Notes under the pieces: generated by a model | The model's database searches: none | Told to the model about the DNA's origin: nothing | What the model saw: the letters and a program-made list of their open reading frames with translations, nothing else | Program-made: the position numbers and the translations under genes | NCBI GenBank assembly: GCA_035449045.1 | Contig: DAOTKC010000005.1 | Coordinates: 1,596-65,595 of the forward strand | Source: Eubacteriales bacterium | GTDB lineage: Bacteria > Bacillota > Clostridia > Christensenellales > CAG-917 | Reading direction: 5' to 3' | Length of the DNA: 64,000 bases | Shown: positions 10,441 to 19,049 of the stretch, piece after piece | Position numbering within the stretch: the stretch's first letter is position 1 | Layout: every line of letters begins with the position of its first letter

Positions 10441-10468
10441 GAAAAGGGCGCATTTTTGCGCCCTTTTC
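10441..10468 (-). terminator. Rho-independent terminator downstream of tRNA-Trp
   Basis: GAAAAGGGCGCA-aaaa-TGCGCCCTTTTC hairpin, followed on the minus strand by TTTATTCC. Confidence 0.7.
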
Positions 10469-10543
10469 TGGCAGGGGAGACGCGAGTCGAACACGCAACC
10501 GACGGTTTTGGAGACCGTTGCTCTACCATTGAGCCACTCCCCT
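10469..10543 (-). tRNA. trnW: tRNA-Trp (anticodon CCA), CCA end encoded
   Basis: Hand-folded 75-nt cloverleaf: AGGGGAG/CTCCCCT acceptor, GCTC/GAGC D stem, ACGGT-CTCCAAA-ACCGT anticodon arm, GTTCGACT T loop, discriminator G plus CCA. Confidence 0.9.
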
Positions 10544-10772
10544 ATATAGCGGAACTAAGCTTTGGGCGCAGGACTGTGTTTACTGTCTTCGGGCGCAATG
10601 CGGTCACGTATATCTTTATACGCTCCCTTTTGCCCCCTCGCCGAGCCTTGTCCTGCATCCCAAATCTTAATTCCGTATTAAATATTTAATATTAATTATA
10701 ATCAGTTTTCTAAATTTCGCAAAAACTTCTACAAACAAAATTTTTGCCAAATTAGACTTCGTATTTATTTTT

Positions 10773-10800
10773 ATCCCCATTGAGCAATTTCAATGGGGAT
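10773..10800. repeat. Perfect 11-bp palindrome ATCCCCATTGA-N6-TCAATGGGGAT
   Basis: Read directly from the sequence. The CCCCATTGA/TCAATGGGG core recurs at 31206..31236. Confidence 0.8.
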
Positions 10801-10935
10801 AGTAATTTTTCTAACCACTTATCAAACTTAATATTATGCGATGAAGGGCGAGGCTCGGCAAAGCGGGGAACGGGCGCTTATTGTAATAAGTGACTATTTC
10901 ACGCCGCAGACAGAAACAAAGCCATCGCGCAAAGA

Positions 10936-13278
10936 TTAAGTTTGGTCACCTTCGTCGTCAAGTTTAATATCAAGGTTCTTGAGGATATCGCCGATGGTGG
11001 CGGTGCCGTTGTCGGTGTGCCATTCGCGGGGCTCGGAGCCGGCGGTCTTGGCGTCGTCACGGCGCGGCCTGCGCGCTCTTTCGGGAGCTTCGCCGGGCGT
11101 AGCTTCCTTTCTTTGGAAGCGCGCCGTTCCCTTTTTGGGGGAGGGCTTTTGACCTTCTTCCTCGGTCGCCGCGGTTTCTTCGGGCTGGCTTTCGGTAATA
11201 AGCTCTTTCATCGAAAGAGTGATTCTGTTGCCCTCGAAGCTGGTGATTTTAGCCTCGACTTCTTGTCCGACCTTGAGCACTTCGTTGGCGTCCTTAATCC
11301 AGTTGTTGGAGATTTGCGAGACGTGCACAAGGCCGTCCACGCCTTCCTCGATGTAGATGAAGGCGCCGAAGGGATAAATCCTTTCCACCTTGCCCTTTAT
11401 GACGGTGCCGACGGGATATTTTTCGGCGGCTAGCTCGTAGATGCCCTTTTGGAGCTGTTTATAGCCCAGCGAAATCTTTTTGGTTTCGCGGTCGAACTTC
11501 AAAATAACGAAGTCGTAGGACTCGCCCAGCGTCAAAACTTCGGAGGGGTCGCTTATCTTCTTCCAAGAAAGCTCGGAGATGTGCGCCAAGCAGTCAAAAC
11601 CCCTTACGCTCACGAAAGCGCCGAAGTTGGTAAACCTCTTAACCTTGCCGGTCACGATGTCGTTAACGTGGATGGAATTCCAGAACGAATCCTCTTTCTC
11701 GTCTCTTTCGCGCTCGAGTATGACGCGGTGCGAAGCCACTATGCTCTTTTTATTGCGGCGGACTTCTTCCTCGCCTTCCTTGACTTTCGGCTCGATTTTT
11801 TGAACTTTCAAAGTCTTGCCGACGTATTCTTCCAAGTTTTTAACAAATCCGATGCGGATTTGGGAAGCGGGAATGAACACCTTAAAGGAGCCTACCCTGC
11901 CCGAAAGGCCGCCCTTTTCGACCTTGTCGATGAGGACGTCGAACGTATCGGCGTTGACGATTTTTTCCGACTCCTCGTCGGCCTTGATTTTTTCGTCAAC
12001 TTTCTTTTTGGAAAGCTTTATATAAGGGGTGGCGTGGGCGTCGGTTATGACGGCGAAAAACTCTATGCCTTCCTTGTAGTCTTCGGGGTTGTAGGGAGTG
12101 TCGAGTGATGCCTCCGCGCTTTCGATGAACCCGTCCTTTTTGCCGCCGATGCTGACGTAGATGCCGTCGTCTTTGGCGTAGGCGACGCGGCACGTTACGC
12201 GCTTACCGTCGGTGTAGCTCATAAACCCGCCGATGCTCTTGCCGGCCATGACGTCTTCCATCGTCATATCGGCTTTCTTCTGCTTGGGAGCGGCTTCGGG
12301 AGCCGTCGCTATTACTTCGGGGGCTGCCGCTTGCTCGGGTGCGGCAACTTGGGTTTCGGCGGGTGCGGCCGCTTCTGTTGTTTCGACGGATTCAACCGTC
12401 ATTTTAAGCTCTTCGGTGTCCGCGGCCACAGTGCTGGGGGTTTCACTCATAAATTTAATTACCTCCTCAATCAACCAAGGCGGAGTCGACGCGCCCGCCG
12501 TGATTAAGATTGAACTGAATTTGTTATAGTCTAGCGGCTTGAGGCCGCCGGCGTCCTCGATGTAGTAGACGTTGGGATTGTGTTTCGAGGCCGTTTCAAA
12601 GAGCCGGCGGGTGTTTGTCGAGCTTTTGCTGCCTATAACAAAGACCGCTTGATAGTTTTTCGCCTCGTCCGAAATTTCCTTTTGTCTGCCTTTGGTAGTA
12701 TAGCAAATTGTATCGAAGATTTCAACTAAATTAGCGTCGCTTCGACACATATTTTGCACATTTTTACCGAGAGCATCGAATTTATCAGCCGATAAAGTGG
12801 TTTGAGCGACCAAAACGGACGGTCTAACTATCGGAAACGGTATTTCCTCTTGCGAAACCGTTCTTGCGCCCTCGCCCGCGTAGGAAAGTATGCCTACTAC
12901 CTCGGGATGGTCCTTTTCGCCCGCGACAAAAACGTCCTTCCCTTCGCTTTTGGCTTTTTCTACAATAGTGTGGATTTTTTTAACGAAAGGACAAGTTGCG
13001 TCCAAAACCTGATGCGCCCGTGACTTCAACTCCTCGATGACGGCGGCGGGCAGCCCGTGCGCTCTGATTACGACAAGGGTGTCCTTATCGGCCTCGCTTA
13101 CGTCGTTGATGACGCCGATCCCCTGCTCCTTGAGCGCGGCCACAACTTTTTCATTGTGAATTAGTTCACCAAAAGAAACGACGCGCTTGCCTTTGCCGAG
13201 CGCGCCTACCGCTGTTTTTATCGCGTTTTCGACGCCGAAACAAAATCCGGCGTGCTTGGATAGAGTGATTTTGGGCAT
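10936..13278 (-). CDS. ispH: Fusion protein: 4-hydroxy-3-methylbut-2-enyl diphosphate reductase (IspH/LytB) + ribosomal protein S1 repeats
   Basis: 780 aa. The N-terminal ~285 aa are LytB-like (GFCFGVENAI...HNEKVV...). An Ala/Pro/Glu linker follows, then four S1 OB-fold repeats (GKVKRFTNFGAFV, GKVERIYPFGAFI) and a basic/acidic tail. Confidence 0.9.
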   Translation of the reverse strand: MPKITLSKHAGFCFGVENAIKTAVGALGKGKRVVSFGELIHNEKVVAALKEQGIGVINDVSEADKDTLVVIRAHGLPAAVIEELKSRAHQVLDATCPFVKKIHTIVEKAKSEGKDVFVAGEKDHPEVVGILSYAGEGARTVSQEEIPFPIVRPSVLVAQTTLSADKFDALGKNVQNMCRSDANLVEIFDTICYTTKGRQKEISDEAKNYQAVFVIGSKSSTNTRRLFETASKHNPNVYYIEDAGGLKPLDYNKFSSILITAGASTPPWLIEEVIKFMSETPSTVAADTEELKMTVESVETTEAAAPAETQVAAPEQAAAPEVIATAPEAAPKQKKADMTMEDVMAGKSIGGFMSYTDGKRVTCRVAYAKDDGIYVSIGGKKDGFIESAEASLDTPYNPEDYKEGIEFFAVITDAHATPYIKLSKKKVDEKIKADEESEKIVNADTFDVLIDKVEKGGLSGRVGSFKVFIPASQIRIGFVKNLEEYVGKTLKVQKIEPKVKEGEEEVRRNKKSIVASHRVILERERDEKEDSFWNSIHVNDIVTGKVKRFTNFGAFVSVRGFDCLAHISELSWKKISDPSEVLTLGESYDFVILKFDRETKKISLGYKQLQKGIYELAAEKYPVGTVIKGKVERIYPFGAFIYIEEGVDGLVHVSQISNNWIKDANEVLKVGQEVEAKITSFEGNRITLSMKELITESQPEETAATEEEGQKPSPKKGTARFQRKEATPGEAPERARRPRRDDAKTAGSEPREWHTDNGTATIGDILKNLDIKLDDEGDQT

Positions 13279-13283
13279 TAACC

Positions 13284-13955
13284 TTACATCAATTCGGCGC
13301 AGTTATTTTGCGCGCTCTTGGAGTGCCTTTTATAATATTTCTCGCCGCGCGTCTTTATGACATATTCGTCAAGCTCCGCTCTCAGAGCGCACATCTTTTC
13401 ATAGACGTAGTCAACGGCTTCGTCCAAAAGGTCGCCCGTCTTTTTGAATTGTTCTAAAGTGAAAGGCTTGCCGATATAGAGGTAGTTCCTTTGAAAAAGC
13501 TTGTGCATTTTGAAATACATCATGGGCAGAATCGGCTTTTCCGAACGGATGGCGAAGAGCGAGGCGCCTTGCTTAAATTCCTTCATTACGTTTGTGCCAG
13601 CCTTGTTCCTCGTCCCCTCGGGATACATCATCAGCTTTTTATCGGACTTGAGCACCTTCATAATCTGCTTATAGGCGTTGACGTCGGGCTCGCCGCGGTG
13701 AACGGGTATGGCGCCGACCGCCGTCAGAAACCGATTGCCTATCTTAGTCTTAAACGCCTCGGCCTTGGCGAGGACGTGAAGCTCGTCCTTATAGAGCCGC
13801 GCCGCCGGTATCAGTGTATCGGGCACGGCGTAGTGGTTGCAAATGACGACGGCGCCGTTGACGCTGTCAAAGTTTTCGCGGCCTACTATGACGGTGGGCC
13901 ACAGAAATCGGATTATCGGCGTGGCGAGCGCGCGCAAAAATCGGTAAACAGTCAT
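13284..13955 (-). CDS. plsC: 1-acyl-sn-glycerol-3-phosphate (lysophospholipid) acyltransferase
   Basis: 223 aa with the H(x)4D motif NHYAVPD and a PEGTR motif. Lies between cmk and ispH-S1 as in many Clostridia. Confidence 0.8.
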   Translation of the reverse strand: MTVYRFLRALATPIIRFLWPTVIVGRENFDSVNGAVVICNHYAVPDTLIPAARLYKDELHVLAKAEAFKTKIGNRFLTAVGAIPVHRGEPDVNAYKQIMKVLKSDKKLMMYPEGTRNKAGTNVMKEFKQGASLFAIRSEKPILPMMYFKMHKLFQRNYLYIGKPFTLEQFKKTGDLLDEAVDYVYEKMCALRAELDEYVIKTRGEKYYKRHSKSAQNNCAELM

Positions 13956-13959
13956 TTTA

Positions 13960-14616
13960 TCACCTTGCGATATAGCCGAGCACAGCCTCGACCGCCTGCT
14001 CCGCCGTCATGTTCGTGGTGTCGATGAGGACGGCATCGTCGGCTTTTTTAAGTGGCGAGTGAGCGCGGTGCGAGTCGTTGTAGTCGCGCTTTTCTATATC
14101 CTTTAATATTTCCGCAAAAGTTATATCCGAGCCTTTCTCCCTAAGCTCGATTAAGCGTCTTTTGGCGCGCTCGGCGGCGTCCGCCGTCACAAAAAACTTG
14201 TGAGAGGCGTTGGGGAGCACCACCGTTCCTATGTCGCGGCCATCCAAAACTATGTCCGCCGACCGCGCTATCGCTTGTTGCAACTCGACCAGCTTTATGC
14301 GCACCGAAGGCAGCGCCGATATGTCGGAGGCCGCTTTGGACATATGATGCTCGCGAAGATAGGGCGTGACGTCCTCGCCGTTGACGTAAATGGTTTGAAC
14401 GCCTCCTGCGTAGCGGATTTCCATATTTAGCTCGGAAAGCAGCGGCTTTACCTGGCTTTCGTCATTTACGTCGGCGCCTTTTTTCAGCGCGAAGTAGGCG
14501 GCGGCGCGATACATCGCGCCCGTGTCCAGATATATTATACCCAATCTTTTCGCTATCGCCTTGGCTATCGTGCTTTTTCCCACGCCCGACGGCCCGTCAA
14601 TCGCTATGTTCAGCAT
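13960..14616 (-). CDS. cmk: Cytidylate kinase
   Basis: 218 aa with the IAIDGPSGVGKST P-loop and the LDTGAMYR motif. Confidence 0.93.
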   Translation of the reverse strand: MLNIAIDGPSGVGKSTIAKAIAKRLGIIYLDTGAMYRAAAYFALKKGADVNDESQVKPLLSELNMEIRYAGGVQTIYVNGEDVTPYLREHHMSKAASDISALPSVRIKLVELQQAIARSADIVLDGRDIGTVVLPNASHKFFVTADAAERAKRRLIELREKGSDITFAEILKDIEKRDYNDSHRAHSPLKKADDAVLIDTTNMTAEQAVEAVLGYIAR

Positions 14617-14826
14617 AATCTTCCCTTGTAATTTTTTTCCAATCGTCTAATTATATATAATCGCTTCCGCTTTGTCAAACACGGACAACCCGACAAAATT
14701 TTCGGCGCTCTTATGTGCAAAACATAGTTTATCAAACACAAATCTAAATTACGATTTTGTCTCGAAATTTACCGCAACGCCCTAAAAATTTTACTAAATG
14801 CAAAGTTAAGCGTGATTTATCAACAG

Positions 14827-16104
14827 CTATTCGCTTGCTATTGCCGCCGCTTCGCCCGCGGCATAAGCGGTGGAAAAGGCGATTTGAAGGTTATAGCCGC
14901 CGGTAAAGCCGTCTATGTTGAGGACTTCGCCCGCGGCGTAAAGCCCCGAAACCAGCTTGGACTCCATCGTCTTGGGATTGAACTCGGCGGTATCGGCGCC
15001 GCCCGCCGTCACCACCGCTTCATCAAAGCCACCCAGCGAGGCTATCTCGAAGGATAGTCCCTTTAAAAGCGAAAGAAGCGTTTGGCGCTCGCCGCGCGTC
15101 AGGCTGTTCATGCGTTTTTCGGGGTCTATCGCCGAACGCTCGATAACATAGGGAATAAGGCTTTTGGGCAACAGCTCAAAGAGCGAATTTTTAAGCTGGC
15201 GGTTTTTGAACTCATCTATGTCGCGGAGTATGCGGCGGTCGAGCTGCTCAAGGCTGAGCGCGGGCTTTAAGTCTATTCTAAGCTCTAGGTTATCCATGCT
15301 TTTATCGGCAAGCAGCGCCGAAAGTCTAAGGATTGCAGGCCCCGATACGCCGCTTAAAGTAAACAGCATTTCGCCGAATTCAGAAAACAGTTTTTTGCCC
15401 GAGTTTTTTTCAACAACCGAACATTCGACGTTGACGAGGGAAAGACCTGTCAGTTCGGGAGCCGCGTTTTTAAATAAAATAGAAACCAATGAAGGTCTGG
15501 GCTCGATAATCGTATGCCCAAAGGAATTTAAAAGCGCGTAGCCGTCGCCCGTCGAGCCCGTTTTGGGATAGCTCTTTCCGCCCGTCGCGACAATCACTTT
15601 ATCAAATCGGTAGTTTAATCGAGCGTTTTCGCGCGATAAAACCTTTGTTTCGCGATTAATCTCTGTTTCGGTCACGACATTAAAACCGTTCTCGGTCTTA
15701 ATTACGCTAACAACGCGCTCGTTGAAAATGAATTTGACGCCTAAAGATTGGGCGCGGTTTGTCAGCGCCCTTGAAATGTCGCTCGCCTTTTCGGAGACGG
15801 GAAAGACGCGGTTGCCTCTCTCGGTTTTTAGCGGCACGCCGAGGTTTTCGAAAAATTCAATCAATTTTTGAGGCGGAAATTTGGTGACGGCAGAGGTTAA
15901 AAACTTGCCGCCCCTCACCACGCCCAAAAGAAATTCGCGCGACTCCAAATTGCAGGTGAGATTGCAGCGGCCTTTGCCGGTAATATAAAGCTTTTTGCCC
16001 GTCTTTTCGTTGCGTTCGATTACGGTGACAGAAGCGCCGAGTTCGGCGGCGCGCGCCCCCGCCATAAGTCCGGCGGCTCCCCCGCCGATAATTAAGACTT
16101 CCAT
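14827..16104 (-). CDS. HI0933/BaiN-family FAD-dependent oxidoreductase
   Basis: 425 aa with an IIGGGAAGLMA dinucleotide fold, the TGKGRCNLTN-like segment (TGKGRCNLTCN) and a C-terminal GGYNLQ motif. Confidence 0.8.
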   Translation of the reverse strand: MEVLIIGGGAAGLMAGARAAELGASVTVIERNEKTGKKLYITGKGRCNLTCNLESREFLLGVVRGGKFLTSAVTKFPPQKLIEFFENLGVPLKTERGNRVFPVSEKASDISRALTNRAQSLGVKFIFNERVVSVIKTENGFNVVTETEINRETKVLSRENARLNYRFDKVIVATGGKSYPKTGSTGDGYALLNSFGHTIIEPRPSLVSILFKNAAPELTGLSLVNVECSVVEKNSGKKLFSEFGEMLFTLSGVSGPAILRLSALLADKSMDNLELRIDLKPALSLEQLDRRILRDIDEFKNRQLKNSLFELLPKSLIPYVIERSAIDPEKRMNSLTRGERQTLLSLLKGLSFEIASLGGFDEAVVTAGGADTAEFNPKTMESKLVSGLYAAGEVLNIDGFTGGYNLQIAFSTAYAAGEAAAIASE

Positions 16105-16872
16105 TTATTCCCTTAGGCCGAAGTTCGCTTTCAGTTCGCTGATGCCGTCGGCGTCGGCGGCGTGGATAAGTATCGGCGTTATCGTGATATAGCCCGCCCA
16201 TGCCTTCAAAACGTCGCAGTCGGGCGAGTTGGGATAGTCCAAGAGCGGCTCGCCGACTAAAAGATATTCCCGCCTTTTATTTTCGTAGGTCGGCTCAAGC
16301 ATTTCGTAGCGGTCATTATAGGTGAGCACGCCCAGCGTCGTCACGGCGACGCCTTTATTTTTGCCGCGTTTGTTATGCGGTATATTGACGTTTACGGTGC
16401 AGCGCGACATGGCGGGAACCATCAGCTTGTCGAGGTTTTCCAAGACGAATTCGGCGGGAAAATCATAGTCGCCGTCTTTGCAGCGGGTAGAAACGGCGAT
16501 AGAGGGAAAGCCGAGCACGGTGCCCTCCATGGCGGCGTTGAAAGTGCCCGAGTAAATAATGTCGGTGCCTAAATTCAAAACGTTGTTGATGCCGCTGATA
16601 ATTAAATCGGGCTTACGGTCGCAAAATACGAGGTCAAGCCCTATTCTGACGGCATCTACCGGACTGCCGTTGACGCCGTAGGCCTCGATGCCGCCGGCAA
16701 AATCAACGCGTTCCAAGGTGAGCGGGCGGTGCAGGCTCATGGCGTGTCCCGAACCCGAATGCTCCTCCTCGGGCGCGACGACCTTGACCTCGTGGCGCTC
16801 GGCAAGCTTTAACGCAAGCGTCTCTAAGCCCTTAGCGAAATATCCGTCGTCGTTGGTTAAAAGTATCAGCAT
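16105..16872 (-). CDS. surE: 5'/3'-nucleotidase SurE
   Basis: 255 aa with the ILLTNDDG N-terminal motif and GINNVLNLGTDIIYSGT. Confidence 0.9.
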   Translation of the reverse strand: MLILLTNDDGYFAKGLETLALKLAERHEVKVVAPEEEHSGSGHAMSLHRPLTLERVDFAGGIEAYGVNGSPVDAVRIGLDLVFCDRKPDLIISGINNVLNLGTDIIYSGTFNAAMEGTVLGFPSIAVSTRCKDGDYDFPAEFVLENLDKLMVPAMSRCTVNVNIPHNKRGKNKGVAVTTLGVLTYNDRYEMLEPTYENKRREYLLVGEPLLDYPNSPDCDVLKAWAGYITITPILIHAADADGISELKANFGLRE

Positions 16873-18266
16873 TATACGGGGTGAATTTTGTTCACTTTAT
16901 CGCCGAGCGTGCCGTCAAGGCCTATTTTTTTGGCCTGGCGGAACTTGAAGAAGTTGGTGGCGACCTGCGGGAACAGCGCGTAGGAGAGGACGTCCTCCTC
17001 CTGTTCGATATATTCCTTGGCTTCCTCGGCGTATTTTTCAAGCTCGGGAGTAAGAAGGTCGGCGGGACGGCAGGTTATCGGCTCCTCGTCCTTTAAAATC
17101 TCTTTTTGAATCTCGCGGTTGGGCGCGGCGGGAAGCTCGCCGTATTCGCCCTTCAGAAGGGCTTTGGTCTCTTTCGTCACCATCTTATATCGCCCCATAA
17201 GCACGTTTAAGACGGCCTGTGTGCCGACAATCTGGCTGGTCGGCGTAACGAGCGGCGGATAGCCCAAATCCTCGCGGACGCGGGGAACCTCGTTTAAAAC
17301 GTCATAATATCTGTCGGATGCGCCCTGCTCCTTCAGTTGGCTGATAAGGTTGGACAGCATGCCGCCGGGAACTTGATAAATAAGGGCGTTGACGTCGACC
17401 GAAAGCACTTTGTCGTTCAGATAGCCTTCCGTTTTTAGCCTGTTCGCTACTCCTCTGAAGTAGGCGGTAATCTCGGTCAGTTTGGCAAGGTCTATTCCGG
17501 TGTCGAACTCCGTGCCTTGGAGCGTGGCAATAAGCGGCTCGGTGGCAGGCTGGCTGGTGCCGTTGCCAAGCGGCGAAAGCGCGGTGTCGACGATGTCGGC
17601 GCCCGCCTCGATAGCCTTCAAAAGCGTCATCTCGCCCGTGCCCGAGGTGTTGTGGGTGTGGACGTGGACGGGAAGGTTTACCTTTTCCTTGATTCCCTTA
17701 ACAAGCTCGTAGGCCTTATAGGGAAGCAATAGGTTGGCCATATCTTTTATGCAGATTATGTCGGCGCCCATATCGGCGAGCGTTTCGGCAAGCTTGATAA
17801 AATATTCGGTGGTGTGGACGGGGCTCAGCGTATAGCTCATTGCCGCTTCGCAGATTTTTTTGTGCTTTTTAGTGGCTTTCATCGCCGTTTTTAAATTTTT
17901 GACATCGTTTAAGGCGTCGAAAATCCTTATGATGTCGATGCCGTTTTTAATCGACAGTTCGACAAATTTTTCCACGACGTCGTCTGCATAGTGTTTATAG
18001 CCCAAAATGTTTTGGCCGCGAAGCAGCATCTGCATCTTGGTCTTGGGCATCGCCCTTCGGATTTGGCGGAGACGCTCCCACGGGTCTTCGTTCAAAAAGC
18101 GCATGCAGGTATCAAAGGTGGCGCCGCCCCACATTTCCATCGAAAAATAACCCACGTCATCAAGTTTGGCGGCGATGGGAAGCATATCGGAAAGCCGCAT
18201 GCGTGTTGCCGCCTGCGATTGATGGGCGTCGCGCAGAATGGTTTCGGTGATAAGTATCTTTTTCAT
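16872..18266 (-). CDS. Oxaloacetate decarboxylase alpha / pyruvate carboxyltransferase (5S-type) subunit without a fused biotinyl domain
   Basis: 464 aa. ITETILRDAHQS...MWGGATFD...HVHTHNTSG is the HMGL-like carboxyltransferase TIM barrel. There is no AMKM motif at the C-terminus. Confidence 0.85.
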   Translation of the reverse strand: MKKILITETILRDAHQSQAATRMRLSDMLPIAAKLDDVGYFSMEMWGGATFDTCMRFLNEDPWERLRQIRRAMPKTKMQMLLRGQNILGYKHYADDVVEKFVELSIKNGIDIIRIFDALNDVKNLKTAMKATKKHKKICEAAMSYTLSPVHTTEYFIKLAETLADMGADIICIKDMANLLLPYKAYELVKGIKEKVNLPVHVHTHNTSGTGEMTLLKAIEAGADIVDTALSPLGNGTSQPATEPLIATLQGTEFDTGIDLAKLTEITAYFRGVANRLKTEGYLNDKVLSVDVNALIYQVPGGMLSNLISQLKEQGASDRYYDVLNEVPRVREDLGYPPLVTPTSQIVGTQAVLNVLMGRYKMVTKETKALLKGEYGELPAAPNREIQKEILKDEEPITCRPADLLTPELEKYAEEAKEYIEQEEDVLSYALFPQVATNFFKFRQAKKIGLDGTLGDKVNKIHPV

Positions 18267-18276
18267 ATCGCACCCG

Positions 18277-18660
18277 TCAGTTGAGCACGGCGATGATATC
18301 GCCGCTCTTTAGCATATCGCCCTTTTTGACGGCATAGGTGATTACGCCGTCGGCGGGCGACACTATATCGTTCTCAAGTTTCATAGCCTCGAGCACCGCT
18401 ATTACTTCACCCTTTTTGACCGCTTTGCCGTCGGCGGCCTTTAAAGCGGTTATGGTGCCGGGCATGGGGCATTTGATATCGGTCTTGCCGCTGACCGCGG
18501 CTTTGGGTGCCGCGGGTGCCGCCTTAGGCGCGGGCGCAACGGGAGCGGCGGGCTTAACTACTGCCGCCGGCTTGATTTCTTCGGTATTATTATTTTCAAA
18601 CACCTCTTCGATTTCCACCGAGTAGGCCTTGCCGTTTACGTTAACGTTGAATTTACGCAT
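18277..18660 (-). CDS. Biotin carboxyl carrier protein (1.3S-like)
   Basis: 127 aa with an Ala/Pro linker and the biotinyl-lysine motif VLEAMKLEN. Confidence 0.85.
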   Translation of the reverse strand: MRKFNVNVNGKAYSVEIEEVFENNNTEEIKPAAVVKPAAPVAPAPKAAPAAPKAAVSGKTDIKCPMPGTITALKAADGKAVKKGEVIAVLEAMKLENDIVSPADGVITYAVKKGDMLKSGDIIAVLN

Positions 18661-18751
18661 GTCGTCCTCCGATTTGAGCTTTTTAGCTTGTTTTCTTTTG
18701 ATTTACCTGTATTCTTTAATTTTTGTTGCCATTTAAAATCACGCGTTATTT

Positions 18752-19042
18752 TTATAGTTTGCGGACTTTTCTCACAATAAACCTTGCGCCCTGACTGCCC
18801 CTCTCTGCTTTCTCGGCTTCCAAGAGCAGCATGACGGCGGCTATCGCGGCGGCTATTTCACCGTCATCTTCGTCAAGCGCAACCTCAGTATCTTTAAAAA
18901 GTTCGGCGCTTTCTTCCACGGCGCCGCCCTTGCCGAAGCGCTTGGTTAGTTGAACAACGGCAAGATAAATGAGCGCGGCAAGCGCCAAGGCCGCCCAAAC
19001 AATCCACATTTCAAGCCTGACGGCTAACAGCGAAGAAAACAT
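18752..19042 (-). CDS. OadG-family small membrane subunit (decarboxylase gamma/delta-like)
   Basis: 96 aa. An N-terminal TM helix (IVWAALALAALIYLAVV) is followed by an acidic stretch and IAAAIAAVM, typical of OadG/MmdD. Confidence 0.6.
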   Translation of the reverse strand: MFSSLLAVRLEMWIVWAALALAALIYLAVVQLTKRFGKGGAVEESAELFKDTEVALDEDDGEIAAAIAAVMLLLEAEKAERGSQGARFIVRKVRKL

Positions 19043-19049
19043 ATTCCAC

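Noticed and set aside
9895-10689. 264-aa plus-strand ORF
   Set aside because: It runs antisense through proC and straight across the tRNA-Trp gene and its terminator, so it is not a plausible gene.
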